Positions 14,329-27,614 are shown, counted from the first letter of the whole stretch. The stretch is 64,000 nt of DNA, filler included, from Sphacelaria rigidula (GCA_964200075.2; 7 parts of 7 records of this genome joined end to end with filler, not necessarily neighbours in it), one strand, 5' to 3'. Numbers and translations are program-made. The notes: a model not told the origin generated them from the letters alone.

Positions 14329-16290
14329 GTTTCACTCGTGGCACATGCTGGCAACGTTTTCCTCAAGATTGTAGTCAGCATGCTCAGTGATTTCATTGAG
14401 GAGGTAGGAATCTCCCCGGCGGAGTAGTGCGGTTCCGACGCAAACAATCGACCAACGACATGATGTTCGTGGTACGCCGACTATAGGAGCTACGACAGGC
14501 TAGCAGTGTCCCACTCAACATATGCCCCATCGACCTTCAGAAGGCCTACGATTCCATAGATTGCAGGATCCTGTTGGTAGTGCTTGCACGGTTCATACTC
14601 CTCTCGCGAATGATCGCAGTCATCCGTTTGGTTCATGACTGCATGGGAACTCGAGTACAGCTGGATAATGGCGGACCATCAGTGTGGGTTCACGTCTACC
14701 AGGGACACAGACAAAGGTGTTTTTCTTCCCCGCTGTGGTTTAGCATCTTGGGCACTGCCATGGCTGACATTGTCGTGCAGCAGTTCGCAGCAGATACAGC
14801 CATCACATCAGACTTCGCATTTTTGATTGATGCGTCAAACGCCGATAGGGAGGAGGCAGAGCGAGAGTTGCACAATCCCATATGCGGATGATGCCAGCAA
14901 AGTCTCGAAGTTCACACAAGGGCATGCTGGAATGATGGACATAGTAGTGGTGACCTGTCAGGAGTTCGGATTGACGCTATCGAGGAGTAAGACAAAGCCA
15001 GCTCCGCATAGACCGTCCTGCACATCAGCGCGGTAGGTCAGCGATACAGGCAGACGGCCGAGTTTGTCTGCCCTGCTGGCGGGTGCTGTCTGCGCGGATG
15101 CGAATATTTCCCTCGAAATCACCCGCCGCATCAGCGCGGCGTGGGCACGTCTCCGAACGTATTGCCGCCAACTTTGAAATTGACCCAACGCCAAACAATA
15201 TATGAAGAGCTGTCCGTTTAAAGCGGGGGTGATGGAAGCATTACTGTGTTGTTGCGCTACGTGGACGCTGCGTTCCGCACAATGCAAGAATCTGCGTATT
15301 GTCCACCACAAGCGTTTGCTGCGAGTAGATGGATTCCGCAGGAAAGACCGAAAGGACTATAACACTCATTCCGACAGAGTTGCTCGAGATGATCAACTGT
15401 GAATGTATCGAGATGACCATCTGCAACCGTCAACTCTCGTGAGCGCGGGCCCGTGTGCGGCGGAACGAAACTCGTCTTCAAAAACGCCATCATGCGCGGT
15501 CGCTTAGCCTCACAACGGCTCACGGCGGTGAGCCGCCCCCCCCGAAGACTACGGGGATGACCTCCAGGAGAAGTTACGTGCGCTAGGGACTGTTCCATGC
15601 AAAGCAGCACAACGGAAATGATTCGCCTATGGTGTTAAGGCTAAAGGCACACACGATCGGGTCAACGCGGCGACGAATAGGCGAATGGCATCTTGGAGTC
15701 GAGAGAGGGGCGGAGTATTTCGAGGGAAAATGGCGATGCGCGGACAAACGGGAATCGCGCCTCCGCTACAAACGAGAGGCTGCTCCGTCGGCAGCTGCCA
15801 CACGGAGAGCTGCCACCGCTGCTACATTAACGACAACAACAACTCGTGAGATGTGGAGGAAGCTCGTTTAACACGGAACCCATGCATCCCTGTCGTTTCC
15901 CGTCCGTTGTGGGCATTGTCCTTAGCCGGTGGTCTTAAGGTGTTACCTTGATGTGAGTTTGTAACTGCTCAACTGCAATGCCCTTGGGTTTCATCACTCC
16001 CGCAGTCTCCTTCTCTCTGTGTTATGTTTCTCGCCATCTCTCTCTTTCCGTGTGTACGTATGTCGTTTCCTACTGATGTACACGCGAAAAATCGTCAAAC
16101 ATACCCGATTACAAGATGTGCGCAGCTTGCATGCGGATTACCACATGGAAGTCGATTGGGCCCCACTTCCGTAGGGCTCATAGGTGAGAGCTCATACGCA
16201 AGCTAGTGTAGCCGAAACAGATGAGCTGCAACCTGTTCCCGTGGCTCTTCGCCATTTCTGATCGGGTATGAGTGCATGTTCTTTCGTCAG

Positions 16291-16505
16291 TGTAACGGGT
16301 GGGAGGACCGCGTGCTTTTCGGACCGCATCGAAATCTGAACACCCCAGGATCGAGTTTTTTCGAGACCGCCCGGGCCAGTCCCTGCGGGGACCGCGCCCC
16401 GGACTCTAATCCTAACGCTAATCCTAACCCCAACCCTAACTCTAACCATAGGGATGTGTAAACTCGGACGGGTCCAAAACCCACGCGGTCCTCCCACGCA
16501 TTACA
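16291..16505. mobile_element. Telomeric-repeat MITE copy 3
   Basis: TGTAACGGGTGGGAGGACCGCGTG ... CACGCGGTCCTCCCACGCATTACA, with an internal CTAATCCTAACGCTAATCCTAACCCCAACCCTAAC array. Confidence 0.9.
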
Positions 16506-16765
16506 GCGAAGACCATTTCCACCTAAAGCCATGTTGCAGAGACCGGCCATTTTTAGTGTTTCGTACTTGTCTTGTTTTGATTCGTTCGCTTGAATGGATT
16601 TTTCAGTCTACTCTGTCTGTTCTACTTCTCTTTTCTTGTTCTTTTACTTTCTGCAATGGATTTTTCCGTTTTTTTTCACTTCATCTCGTGTATGTCTATC
16701 ATGTGGATAATGGCCACGACCGGATCATGACTCCTGGGGGATCAGTTAGTGTGCAACAATCCACC
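16506..16765 (+). mobile_element. Retroposon 3'-UTR fragment (same family as 29360-29980 minus)
   Basis: Shares TTTCCACC.AAGCCATGT.GCAGAG, a T-rich tract, GTATGTCTATCATGTGGATAATG.CCACG and the GTGCAACAATC tail. Confidence 0.7.
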
Positions 16766-16959
16766 ATTCGAATTATCTTTGAGTCGATATAGCCCACAGA
16801 GTAGAGGCCTTGGGAGTTGTGCTTCTGGGGGAAAGGGATGGCGGGCGGCCGGGGGGGAAGGGGGGGGGGGTTCCTGTTCTGGTTGACAGTTGTTTGTGCC
16901 GCTGCGGCGGCGAGCAGTACCTACCCTTAGAAAGAGTATACCCTCATTGAACCCGCTGC

Positions 16960-17990
16960 GAGAGTGAGGCTGAATTAGATTCACCGAACCTTGGCATCGA
17001 CGTGAGAACGAAGAATATCCGGAGAGAGGAAACTTCGTAGAACTTTCTTCGGTCTCGTCAGGTAGGTAACACATCAATCACCATCCAACGGCCTTTTACG
17101 AGTCCACGGATGTGACTACCTACCCAAGACGCAGTGACTACTGCCACTACATCAACCATTCCACACGACAATGGTGTGCGTGCTGTTCCTTCTGCGGTGC
17201 TAACATTCGTCGGTTTGCACCTAGTGCGTCTGTAACAGATGGGAGAGCCCAGAACATGGATATAGATATTGCTGGGATTACCCTTCATACACCTCGACTT
17301 CTCTCGCATCCATGATCGCTTCAAGCTTGCGTGCTTGCCTACTACAGCACGTTTTCTACCGGGCGTCATTCGTGCACTTTCTCCGGTCTCCGCCTCCACT
17401 GTATGCTCAATAACACGAAACCAAACACGAGATCTAAGAGGTAGACTTGGTTGTTTTTTCGGGCGAAAGCGCAGTAGGTATTTTACTGAATTCTTCGAAA
17501 CGTGGTATTGACAAACATAGTTGACCGTCTCCACACGCCGTCTCCACACGGAAGGAATGGGAAGGGTTGAAAGCGTGCCAACAGAAATATATGTTACGGC
17601 AGTAGAAAACTGCCAGGAAACCTGCGAGTGTTGCCTACCCGATCCGAAGGTTGAACGGCCCACCTGGTCACTCCGGTTGGTCATGAAGTTTATTACCGGA
17701 GGCAGCAGGAAACTTACCGCTGATAATATTTCTATGTTGAAGAAAGGATTCCGCTCCCACAAGATCTCATCTATGTACAACGCTTTCAACCTTTTGTTTT
17801 CACCGACGTGACGTTCAGCGGCGTAGTCGCCGTAATCTCACCACAAAACCGAGGGCTGCTCGCCCCGCGTTACACACTCCGCATCCTGACGTGCTGTTGA
17901 TTTTAGCTGCACCCAAACCTTCATGTGTTGCCAGCGATGCTGTGTAGGCAAGCTCGATAATCCACGTGTTGGTAGTTAGAGAGATGCATA
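16960..17990 (-). pseudogene. Decayed PIF1-family helicase (possibly Helitron-derived)
   Basis: Ordered motifs: AYTASLATHEGLGAAKINSTSGCG (Ia-like), KALYIDEI (II), NPFFNIEILSAVSFLLPPV (III-like, cf. PFGG..GDFxQLPPV), GYSSFSR (VI-like, cf. YVALSR). Confidence 0.55.
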
Positions 17991-20456
17991 GGGAGTCGGT
18001 CAGCAACTAAATCGAAACGCGCAAATAACTCTACAGGTGGCACATGTTGGGTAAATAAAAACATCTCCATGCCGTATACAGTCGGTCGTTGTCGCCTGGT
18101 GCTCCTCCTCTTTGTCGTTCCGAATCAGCTTCGAAATTTATAGCAAAAAATTATGCGGTGCGAGCTGTGCTTTTTTTTTTTTTTCGTCCCCAGAGGACAG
18201 GAAGGAACCTTTTATCCATGCAATTCNNNNNNNNNNNNNNNNNNNNNNNNNNNNNNNNNNNNNNNNNNNNTTAATTAATTAANNNNNNNNNNNNNNNNNN
18301 NNNNNNNNNNNNNNNNNNNNNNNNNNATAGGAGCAGAGCGTAGTGATGGCCCAGGGTAGGGACCAAGGCAAGCCGGTAGCTGATTGAGATGGGGTAACGC
18401 GGCCTGCAGCCGCGGCTGAACAACCCTAACTAATGACAGTAGCAAACGCAGTAGCAACGCGTCACGGAATCCAGGGTCTACGAGCAGACCCGCACAGCGT
18501 ATATTTTGCAACGCCTCTCTGAGCTTCATCACAGTACCCTACTATCCTGGATTTCATGAGGAGCTTGCCCGAGTTATATATCCAGAAAGACATTCTCTTC
18601 TCTTTAGATTATACGATTTTCAATTTTCTCACAAAGGCTTGGTATCGAGAGAGGCCTGACGAGTTCGAATTTTCCTTGATAAGTCGTATCCACGACGTTC
18701 TCGTAATGAGATTGCAGACCATTAGATGTGTGTCACCGCTACACAGGCCTACAATGTATTACAGGGACCCCGATGTAATTACGGGAGTCTGAAAGTTTTT
18801 CTTTGTTTGACTTGTTTTTACTCTGAGTATGGTGAGCGGGCATAGAGTATCATACTGTGACACAATAAATCCCCTGTGTCGAGTCAAGCGCACATGACTT
18901 CTTCTTTTTGGTTTGCCTTTTGAGAGCACGGCGTAACACACGAGCGACAGGAGACATGTAATGGTCCCTGTATTATTGACTCTGTGTCAACAAGTAACTT
19001 GCGGGTTAATGTTTTGGTCAGGGTGAACTATGTCCTGTTCGATTGATATACAGGTTATATATGTATGTGGTATCTGATGTCACTTGTTGTTATATAGTCT
19101 CACAGATCCCGTCGGGAAAATTTGGTTTCATACTTTTATTGCTGGAGGAATTTCCTTCTACAGGGCTACGAAATGTGATGCCTATGCAACTAGTGTCATG
19201 AAGATGCATATCAGCCTGCTGTCATGCCGCTTCAGACCCGTTGTCGAGTCTGGCTTTTGGTATTTCGGGTATGCCGATATTTAAGACTGCGGATCTGTTC
19301 GGAGTTGGTCGGGTACGAATATGAACTTGTATATGGTAAGAGATGGTTACAGCTAGATCTACAGAATTGAAGATCTGGCACGCCTACCGTCTCACTACCT
19401 ACTGCTCCCCTACCCCTTTCCAGCAAAATAAATCTGAGCATCGGTGAGACGTATTGACTGGTTTGGGTTGGATTGATTGATTGGATACTGGAAGTTAGAG
19501 ACAAGATAATCAAGAAGAAGGGAAGAACCATCGCGTGAGAACTCGTCCTGACATATTGTGCTGAGCTGTGTTGAGCAGTGTGCTGGGCTGTGCCAGCCCG
19601 ACTGTTGTTAACTTGCCTTGTGAGCCTGTACTTGGACTGCAAGCTGTGCCTTGCAATAATAGCTGCGCAACCTCATTACATTTGGCGTTTGACTAAGGAG
19701 GTTCTTCTTGTGCAATTGCGTTTCCCTTCTTGACACCGATTTGTATCCCTTCCCGTCGGGCTGCACGAGCGCAGCTTTTGTGATCAATTCTGCCCCCCTG
19801 GTGTTTTTCTTCGGTTCAGGTACGGTACGTAGTCAAACCTATCGCTTCTCGATAGTCAGTCAGTAGCTACTGCAAAGCTTCCCATCTGTGCGCTACACCG
19901 TACATAGTACTCGTGACTTCCAGCTTTTGCTGCTTGCTGCTTGCTGCAACGTTTGACTGCACGCCCTGGGCACGCTGGATCACCTCGCATTGTCGCACCG
20001 ACCTTACCTTGTCGTTTTGCTGTGTATCTTGTAAAAACAATACACACCCGCACCTTGCACTGCTATTGCGGGCATTATACCTGTACAAGGTACCATCCCT
20101 GGTCGCTCAGTGCAGAAGGGTCACACCCCCGCCAGCACTGCCTTCCGTACTTGGCTTTGTTGCATCCTCCCTCCTGGCAGGAGAGGTCTTCTACTACAGG
20201 TTTGTTACAGAACACCAGTGCACAAAGTGCATTGCTGCTCATAGTCAGCCGCTGTTCCTGACATGGGCCCTTGCCAAGTCAGCAACCTGCCGCTCTCATA
20301 TTTTTCGTATCGATTTTACACGACTGTTGCATCTTTTGTTCACGAAGTCGCTGCGCAACACAACCCGTGCTCCCAAAGAGATGACCACGGGTATCTGTAC
20401 ACGAGATTTGTATCCGCTCTGGCACTTCAGTTTCGTCACGATCTACCTCATTCGTA

Positions 20457-20808
20457 GCTACTTTGTTGTTGTTGTTGTTCTCCTCTGGTGTACTTCGCAC
20501 AGCTGAAGAGCAGCGCGGTACATCACCGTGGTAAGTAACAATATACAGCTCAACGAACTGTGAGTTTTCTCTCATTTACCCCCTCTCGAACAAATATAAA
20601 TCAATTGTTCCGAGACAGGTTCGTCGCGATATAGGTCATTCGTTGCTACTTTGTTGTTGTTCTCTTCTGGTGTACTTCGCACACTGTAGAGCAGCGCTGT
20701 ACATCACAGTGGTAAGTACAATACACAGCTCAACGGACTGTAAGTTTTCCCTCATTGACCCCCTCTCGGCAAAAAAAATAAGTAATTGTTCCGAGACAGT
20801 TTCGTTGT
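20457..20808 (+). repeat. Tandem ~188-bp direct duplication upstream of gag
   Basis: Two diverged copies starting GCTACTTTGTTGTTG at ~20457 and ~20645, each ending AATTGTTCCGAGACAG.TTCGT. Confidence 0.9.
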
Positions 20809-21435
20809 AATAAACGCTCGTTTGTCATATTCCAGACCTACGCTACGTACCCATTTGGAGCAGACGGCACTCAAAACCAGTGCCCCATGCCTGTGCACTA
20901 CGCAGTCCGATCTCGCGGTCTACATCCCAAGCTTTGTAAAAGCTTTTGTGCTGCCCTACGCCGCACGACGTTTCGGTGCTCATCCACACATTTTTTCTGA
21001 ACACCGCCAGTCGTTTCTCAGCTTGTGCCGGGACCATACAGTTATAGTCTACCCGTGACGCCACAACCGGAACACGTGTGAGTTGTACAACTTTCACGTA
21101 CCAATGCTGCTACAGACAATTGGAATTTCTCTTTTATTCGACGCCATACATCTGTTTTGTGCGCAACCCCGAGCTTCCGTTGATAGCTATTACTGCCACA
21201 ACTTAGATACGTTGTATTAACTAGACCCCGGACATTGTTGTTACAGCAATTCGCTTGAATAATAATACTCGCGTTCATCAGGTCCCAAGGTCCCTCCAGG
21301 CGTTATTAGGCTTCATTATCCCGTAATTCTGGATACAAGCTTCGGCCGTTGTAGCATATCATGTCTTCATGTCACGCTCCTTTGATGAGAGCCCGCCGAC
21401 CAGACACACTGCCCCTGCCTTTTTAGGAACAAAAG

Positions 21436-24400
21436 TTGCGTACGATTCTCATGTCGCACAGAAACAACGCTGGCATTTCCCCTCAATTGGGAAACCAATC
21501 GCTTCGTCGGACACGGAGTCAAATCACTGGCGGTTCGAAATCTTTTAATTTGAGTGTCAGGTCACCTTCAACTCATCGCCGCACGTATGCGAGCGCTGTT
21601 CGATCTTCGGGATCTGAGGACCAACCTTCGAGCGATGCTTATTCTTCGATGCTTGAAGACAAGACTATAACGCCGCGACCTGTTCTCTCATGTTCCGACT
21701 CGGACTCAGAGAACAGGCTCGTGCTACCGGCTGAGTCATTGGTTCCTGACGGACATGTCAGTGAATCCATAACGGTGGATTCCGTAGCGCCCCCCTCGCT
21801 GCGTCCTGTTGTTCCGAATCCCAATATAGAATCCGAAGTCAGGATTGTGCCCCCAGCTGAGTCGTTGCCCCTGGACACATGTGTCCAGCTTGGCCTTGTA
21901 ACGGTTGCTTCAACCGTGGCACCCCGTCGCATGACGGCTGACAACTCTCGAGACGATTCTGTCCCGACGAAGCGTATCGCTTCTGGAGCAAGAGACTTTG
22001 TCACGCGGAATGTTTCCGTACCCCGTCGCATGACGGCTGACAACTCTCGAGACGATTCTGTCCCGACGAAGCGTATCGCTTCTGGAGCAAGAGACCTTGT
22101 CACGCGGGCTGCTTCCGTTACGGACCCCCATCGCACGACTCTCGATAATCCCGTGCGCCCCACTGCGCAGTCCAATGTCGGACCCGCAGTCGCGGCCATG
22201 CATGCTGCCATGCAGACTCTGCATCGCACTTCATCGGCGTCGTCGCACTCGCCAGCTTCAGCTCTCATCGAGGCATTTACGGCTTTCTGTCAGGCCACGC
22301 TCCAAGATCGCTCGGCGTCTGCTCACGTGCAATTCAATGATGATTCTGTACCTGCCACGCCCAAACCTGTACGTTTGGCACCCCGATCGGCGACATCGCG
22401 TCCCCCGTTCGTCACCCATGGAACATTCAACGCACATGAGTCCAGTCCCTCCTCAACGCCAAACCAGAGTCTTACTCGCGCTTCTGACCGGCGCCGCACA
22501 CCGACAGTTGGTCACGACCACGTCTCCCGTTCTGGCAGTTCTAAGGGCAACTCCCAGTAAAGCTTGAATTAACCGCGTGTTTTTACACGCCCGAACAATG
22601 TCGCTCATGGTCGCAAATATGACAGCAGTTCACGCCACAGTTCCAATTCATCGCGCGCTCCAAAGCGCCCGGTGAATGCCAACCGTGAACGTACTCACGA
22701 GGATGATTTGCGGGACAGATCAAGTTCTTCGCGCGCTTACACGCGCTCGAAAAACACCTATCATGCACCCGCGCGCACCCGTCCTGCTCTGCATCTGTCA
22801 TGCCGCCGTCATGTACGCAATGATAACACTGTACATGCTGATGATATCCAAAACATATTTTCGGAGATGTCACCGGCTCTGGAATCCTCAATTGAAAGAT
22901 CCGGCCGCACCTCATTGCAAAACCGACGACCCCGCACTGACTGCGAACCACCGTCCCGCTCCGATGCTGCGACTATTTGCTCTCTCCAACAACGACTGAC
23001 AGAAGTTGAGCGCCAACTCTCAACAATGTTCACCACGAGATCCACTGCCGCTGCCGCCAAGAGCACCACGGAGCCCACTGGCGTTCTGCAGCAACTGCTG
23101 CCGCAACACCTGCCGCTGCCGCCGCCGCTACCTTGGCCGCTGAGCCTTCTACCACGCAGACTACACTCACGGCCCCAACATCCGTGGCCGCCCCGTCCGC
23201 AGTCGACACCGACGCGGATAGCGGTTCAGCCACTGACCCGGTCGAGGATGCTTCCGTGCGCTCGCCCCCATCCGTGGAGGATCTTCCTCCACTCGGCGAC
23301 GAGTGCTGCCCGACTGGCCTTCTCTTGAGACTGTTCAGAAACCGCCCCCGCGCGGAGCAGCTGCAACTCATCGACGACTACGCGTCACAATCACCAGCAC
23401 TCGCCCAAGACATCCTCAACCACCAACGCGAAGCTGACGCCGCCGCTGCCCGGCTCCTTCTGAAGGAACACGCTGAGAAGCAAAAGGGTCTTCAGCGGCA
23501 GGTCTCCAACGCTCAATGCACGAGCACGGCTGCCCAACTAGCGCTTCAAGAAGGTCGTACCTCAGCCATGGCGGCTCAGAGACGGGTGCGCGAATTGGAA
23601 GATCATGTCCGATGGACGGCTCAAGAAGCGGCTACGTCGGTGGCGCGCTTGTCCAACCATCAAGTCTCTCCGCCTTTCGCCAGCAACTTGCTCAGTGCCC
23701 GTCCGCCTCGCCAGCCAACAACCAATATGTCTACTTATGTTATACCACGTAAGTCCGACAGGACATCGTATGCTGCGGCCGCTGCCGCCCCCACGACGGC
23801 CCCAACACCACCACCTCGAGGAGCTAGCTCGGCGGCGAATGCCGTTTCTGCCCAAGGTTTGCAACTGGCGCCCCACGAACAAGAGTGGCTTTCTCGTTCC
23901 GTGGCTGCCCATACCGGTCCTCTTCATCGCAACAACCACCCTCATTGCTCACGCGAAGCATACACCCAAATTCGCAGCGACTGCTCTACACCGTTGCTGT
24001 TTACGTGGACCAGGGCGGCTTCTTCCCCAAAGAGGGCGTATCGGTGTTCACCTTGGGCCAACTGGTCCTCCAAACGACCATTGGCGATCACCAGGAACAC
24101 CTGCCTTACGTTGACGCCGTCATCAAACTTTTCGCGGCGCTCCGCGCTGCCTACAACCCTCATCCCGGCGCCACTGTCGCCGACGGAGACGAAGGTAAAG
24201 ATAGGTGGACTCCCGCAACCACAAACTGCCGGGGACAGAAGAAACACCACCGGCGAGATGACAACGACAACGATGGCGGAGGTTCACGCCGCCGCCATGG
24301 CGGTGGAGGATATTCTTCGGGCGGTTCCGGACCGAACCGCCCGGCTCGCAGCCCCTGCAACCTGCCCCGCAAGAAATCCGGAGGTAATTCTTCCGGATCT

Positions 24401-27388
24401 TCTGCAACCGGCTGGAACCGGTCCGGTACAGACCTTCCCCCCTCGGGTCCGGCGACCCCCAGGCAAGTGATTCCTAAATTAGCTGATGTTTCGGCCCGCA
24501 TTTTAGGTTTATCTGATACGGATACACCTGACCGCCCTTTGTCTTCTACTACAGCCCGCGCCCTTAGCAACCGCTGCGGCTGACAAAAAGGTTCCGAAGG
24601 TAGCAAAAAAGCAGCTTCCGATAGAGCTGAGTCTGCCCGAGTAGCTGCAATACAGATACAGTATATTCAGATGGATGTGAAAAAACTCTGGCACATTAAA
24701 ACTATGCCTGCTGCGGATGACGAAGATTCGGGCCAGCTTACTTCTGCCCTTATCACGTCCATCCGCCGCACTGCTTGTAACATCTTTCACTTGGCGGATG
24801 CGACTGGCACACAACGTTTCGGAGATTCCGACTGGGTAGAGGGCTGGCAGACTGCCTTGCACAAAGCATTGCGTCGATCCATCAGCCGCCGCTCTCCCGA
24901 CCTCGCTGCTTCTTTAACGCAGATTCTCGACGGCTTCCTCGCCGAAATGGATCCGGACCGTGCTAAGGGGAAGGAAGGCCCGGTATTACTCTCTGATTTG
25001 GAGAGGCGTTTAATTGGATACTTCGACAAAAGTGACCAGGCCAGCGCCATCCAGAGGTTGTGTTCTTCTGTCGTCGCATCTGATGTCCCCTTCGCGGGTT
25101 ATCTCCGCGAATTTCAGCTTTTGGTTTCGGGTACGACGTGTGTCGGACGCCAGAACGGACCGAGCGATGTAATATGTCAGACTTCTGTTCGCAACAGCGT
25201 TGCTCAACAGTATCTGGCTCTGATGCCGTCGTTGTTTCCGGGTGTCTTGGCGCATCGCGAGGTGCCTTACGCCTCCGTTGATACTATGTGGTCTGCTTTT
25301 GTAGACCAAGAGGGTAATCTAACGCCTGCTATACGTGGCAAACCTTCTACGCCTTTGCGTTCACAACCTACGACTGCGTCCTCCGCCCATGCCCAAGGGG
25401 CTCGCGGCAGGAATTCGAGCTCATCTCGCGCTTCATGGACCCCCGACTCGGTCGCCGATTCAGTTATGCATGCTCAGAGTACCAGAGATGCATTTAGCGC
25501 GAGTTTCGATGATTGGCCGTTCTCCGAGGAAGCTTGGGGTGATGTTTATTTGACTTCAACAACGGCATTCATTACCGATGACCCCCACTTGTGGAACCCA
25601 CTCCTTTCGTCTTCCGCTAGACGCAATGCCTTCAGCAGTCATGCCAACAGTTGCATCAACTGTAGCGTTCAAGGCCACAACATGTGCGACTGCGACAGTC
25701 CATGCATGAACGCATTTGATCTCATGAACCTTGAATTGTAGGACAATGAACCCGCGTGGCGCCGATGGCAAAAACGCATGCGCGACTACCGTCCACCTAA
25801 TCGAATTACCGTAACACTTCGAACCAACGTGGTAACAAAAGTTGTAATCGCGGTTGCTGACAAAACAACAATCACGCAAGCTCTCGCCAGAACGATCAAA
25901 ATTCTCGCGACAACAAACGTTCCGCTGATAGACACCAGCGGACGGGACCGACGCAAAGCTCGAATCCCAACACCAGAAACCCCGGTACCTTCACTTCGGA
26001 TCGCCTAGATCCATGACGTGCCGACACTGGCGTTATTTGGTCTTCCACGCCGCCGACAGCACGAGCGAAGACTTTCTCAACACAGCCCGCGGAATCCGTG
26101 TCCAAAATTGCTCACTCGACTCCCCCGGCACTATCCAGGAGCGTAACTGACGGCCGTTCAAATCGACCCCCGTCTCCAACCTCCACCCAATTTTCAACAC
26201 AGCCCGCAGAGCCCGCGACTAAGATTGTCCGCCCGGCTCCCCCGGTACTATGCAGGAGTAAATCTGACGGCCGTTCAAATCGACCTCCGTCTCGACCCCT
26301 CCAGACACCGCGTAACAGTTTTGTTACCCCGCGACTCAGACCTACACCCGGGTTTGAACTTGGTCCTTCAGTGCCGAGTATAAGTCTGAGGTGTGGGAAG
26401 ACCAACCGCCAGTCCCTGAGGCAAAGGCTTCCCTCAGCGACCGCACGCACAGGTAGTAGCAAGCCTTTTTCAGCTGACCCAAGTGTTGCTGATTTGAACT
26501 TGACCGCATCGGAACATGTAATTCCCAATCAGTTGGATCGAGCTCCTTCCCCGCGATTTTCAACACGCACGGACCTACCTTCGGTCGGTTCTAATAAGAA
26601 CCGTCTCAACATATCCTCGGCCATGACCCAACAGCCAAGCTTGCCTACGGAAAGCAGTCCACAACTTTCGCTCCGTCATGCCCCGATGCTGACCCCATCC
26701 ACGCAACTGGACGCAGTTGTGGTTTCATCCCAAAATGTTTTGGAAGTTCCCCCCGACCTTTATCACGGCGAAAGAGAAAGCCCTGTAGGCATGCCCCCAA
26801 TCACGCGCGCGCATCATCACGTACACCTCTTTCGAGCGGAAATCCTCGATCTCAATCTCTCCAAAATTCGACGACTCTGAGTTCGACGGCTCTCTCAAGT
26901 ATCCCGGAAAAAACACAATCAAACAATTCTGACGGCACTACTTCCTCAACCGATGGCTCCAGCCCCGCACATTCTGGATCCCTCTTCGACGGTGATCCCT
27001 GTCAACCAAAGACGATCATTTACGAAATCGCCAATGGTCACTCTGCCCGTGCCACACCTGGAAATAATTTACCGTCCACCCCCTTCTCTGGTGAGACATC
27101 TGACCCACCGGCGGATCACCCGCCGTGCGTTTTTGCTGTCAGCCCTGCTGATCCTGACCAGTTTACCTTGCCGGAAGACGGTCCGGATCTTGTCGGCGGT
27201 AAAGTGTCTGTAGATCGGGCCACTTTCACCACTTGCGTTGCGATCCATTCCGGTCCAAACGCTATCACGCCTACGAAACATGTATCCTTGTTGGACAGCG
27301 GCAGCCCGAAAACATTTATTAACAACAAATTGTGCGAATTGAGGTTTAACTTCGAGATGAGGCTCAAGCCCAAAACAGTGCTTTCCCC
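21436..27388 (+). pseudogene. LTR-retrotransposon Gag-protease region (probably Ty3/Gypsy), disrupted and truncated by the contig end
   Basis: Chain of long ORFs; 23885-24583 and 24671-25741 are in the same frame across a TGA. CCHC knuckle CINCSVQGHNMCDC at ~25652-25693. Aspartic protease motif LLDSGS at ~27288. Internal 99-bp (21922/22021) and ~120-bp (~26075/26195) coding repeats. Confidence 0.8.
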
Positions 27389-27488
27389 NNNNNNNNNNNN
27401 NNNNNNNNNNNNNNNNNNNNNNNNNNNNNNNNTTAATTAATTAANNNNNNNNNNNNNNNNNNNNNNNNNNNNNNNNNNNNNNNNNNNN

Positions 27489-27614
27489 CCACGACATAGT
27501 CGCTCTCCACTGTTAGGCAAAATCCCAGATCGTCTGAATGCACCGAGATTCGAACCCACGACCCAACCGTCGGAAGGTTTCGACGTTACGTACTGAGCCA
27601 CCGGGGCGACCGGC
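27489..27614 (-). mobile_element. tRNA-derived SINE, 5' part
   Basis: Minus strand GCCGGTCGCCCCGGTGGCTCAGT (A box) ... GGTTCGAATC (B box); matches 32610-32984. Confidence 0.85.

Larger units (their letters stand above)
12960..16230 (+). mobile_element. Decayed RTE-type non-LTR retrotransposon (APE + RT + 3' UTR)
   Basis: APE motifs KVAYNTVTL and CDAIGLQETRR (~12970-13090). RT motifs GKTTGPDGL, ECGN..GVSLVAHAG, IDLQKAYDSID, YADDA (~14880) and FGLTLSRSKTK. Many stops and frameshifts. Confidence 0.9.

Noticed and set aside
18640-18655. Primer-binding site TGGTATC for the LTR element
   Set aside because: Not preceded by a CA LTR end, and the match to initiator tRNA is short.
20495-20565. Hammerhead ribozyme (CTGAAGA core)
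   Set aside because: No GAAA after stem II, and the core is not kept in the second copy.
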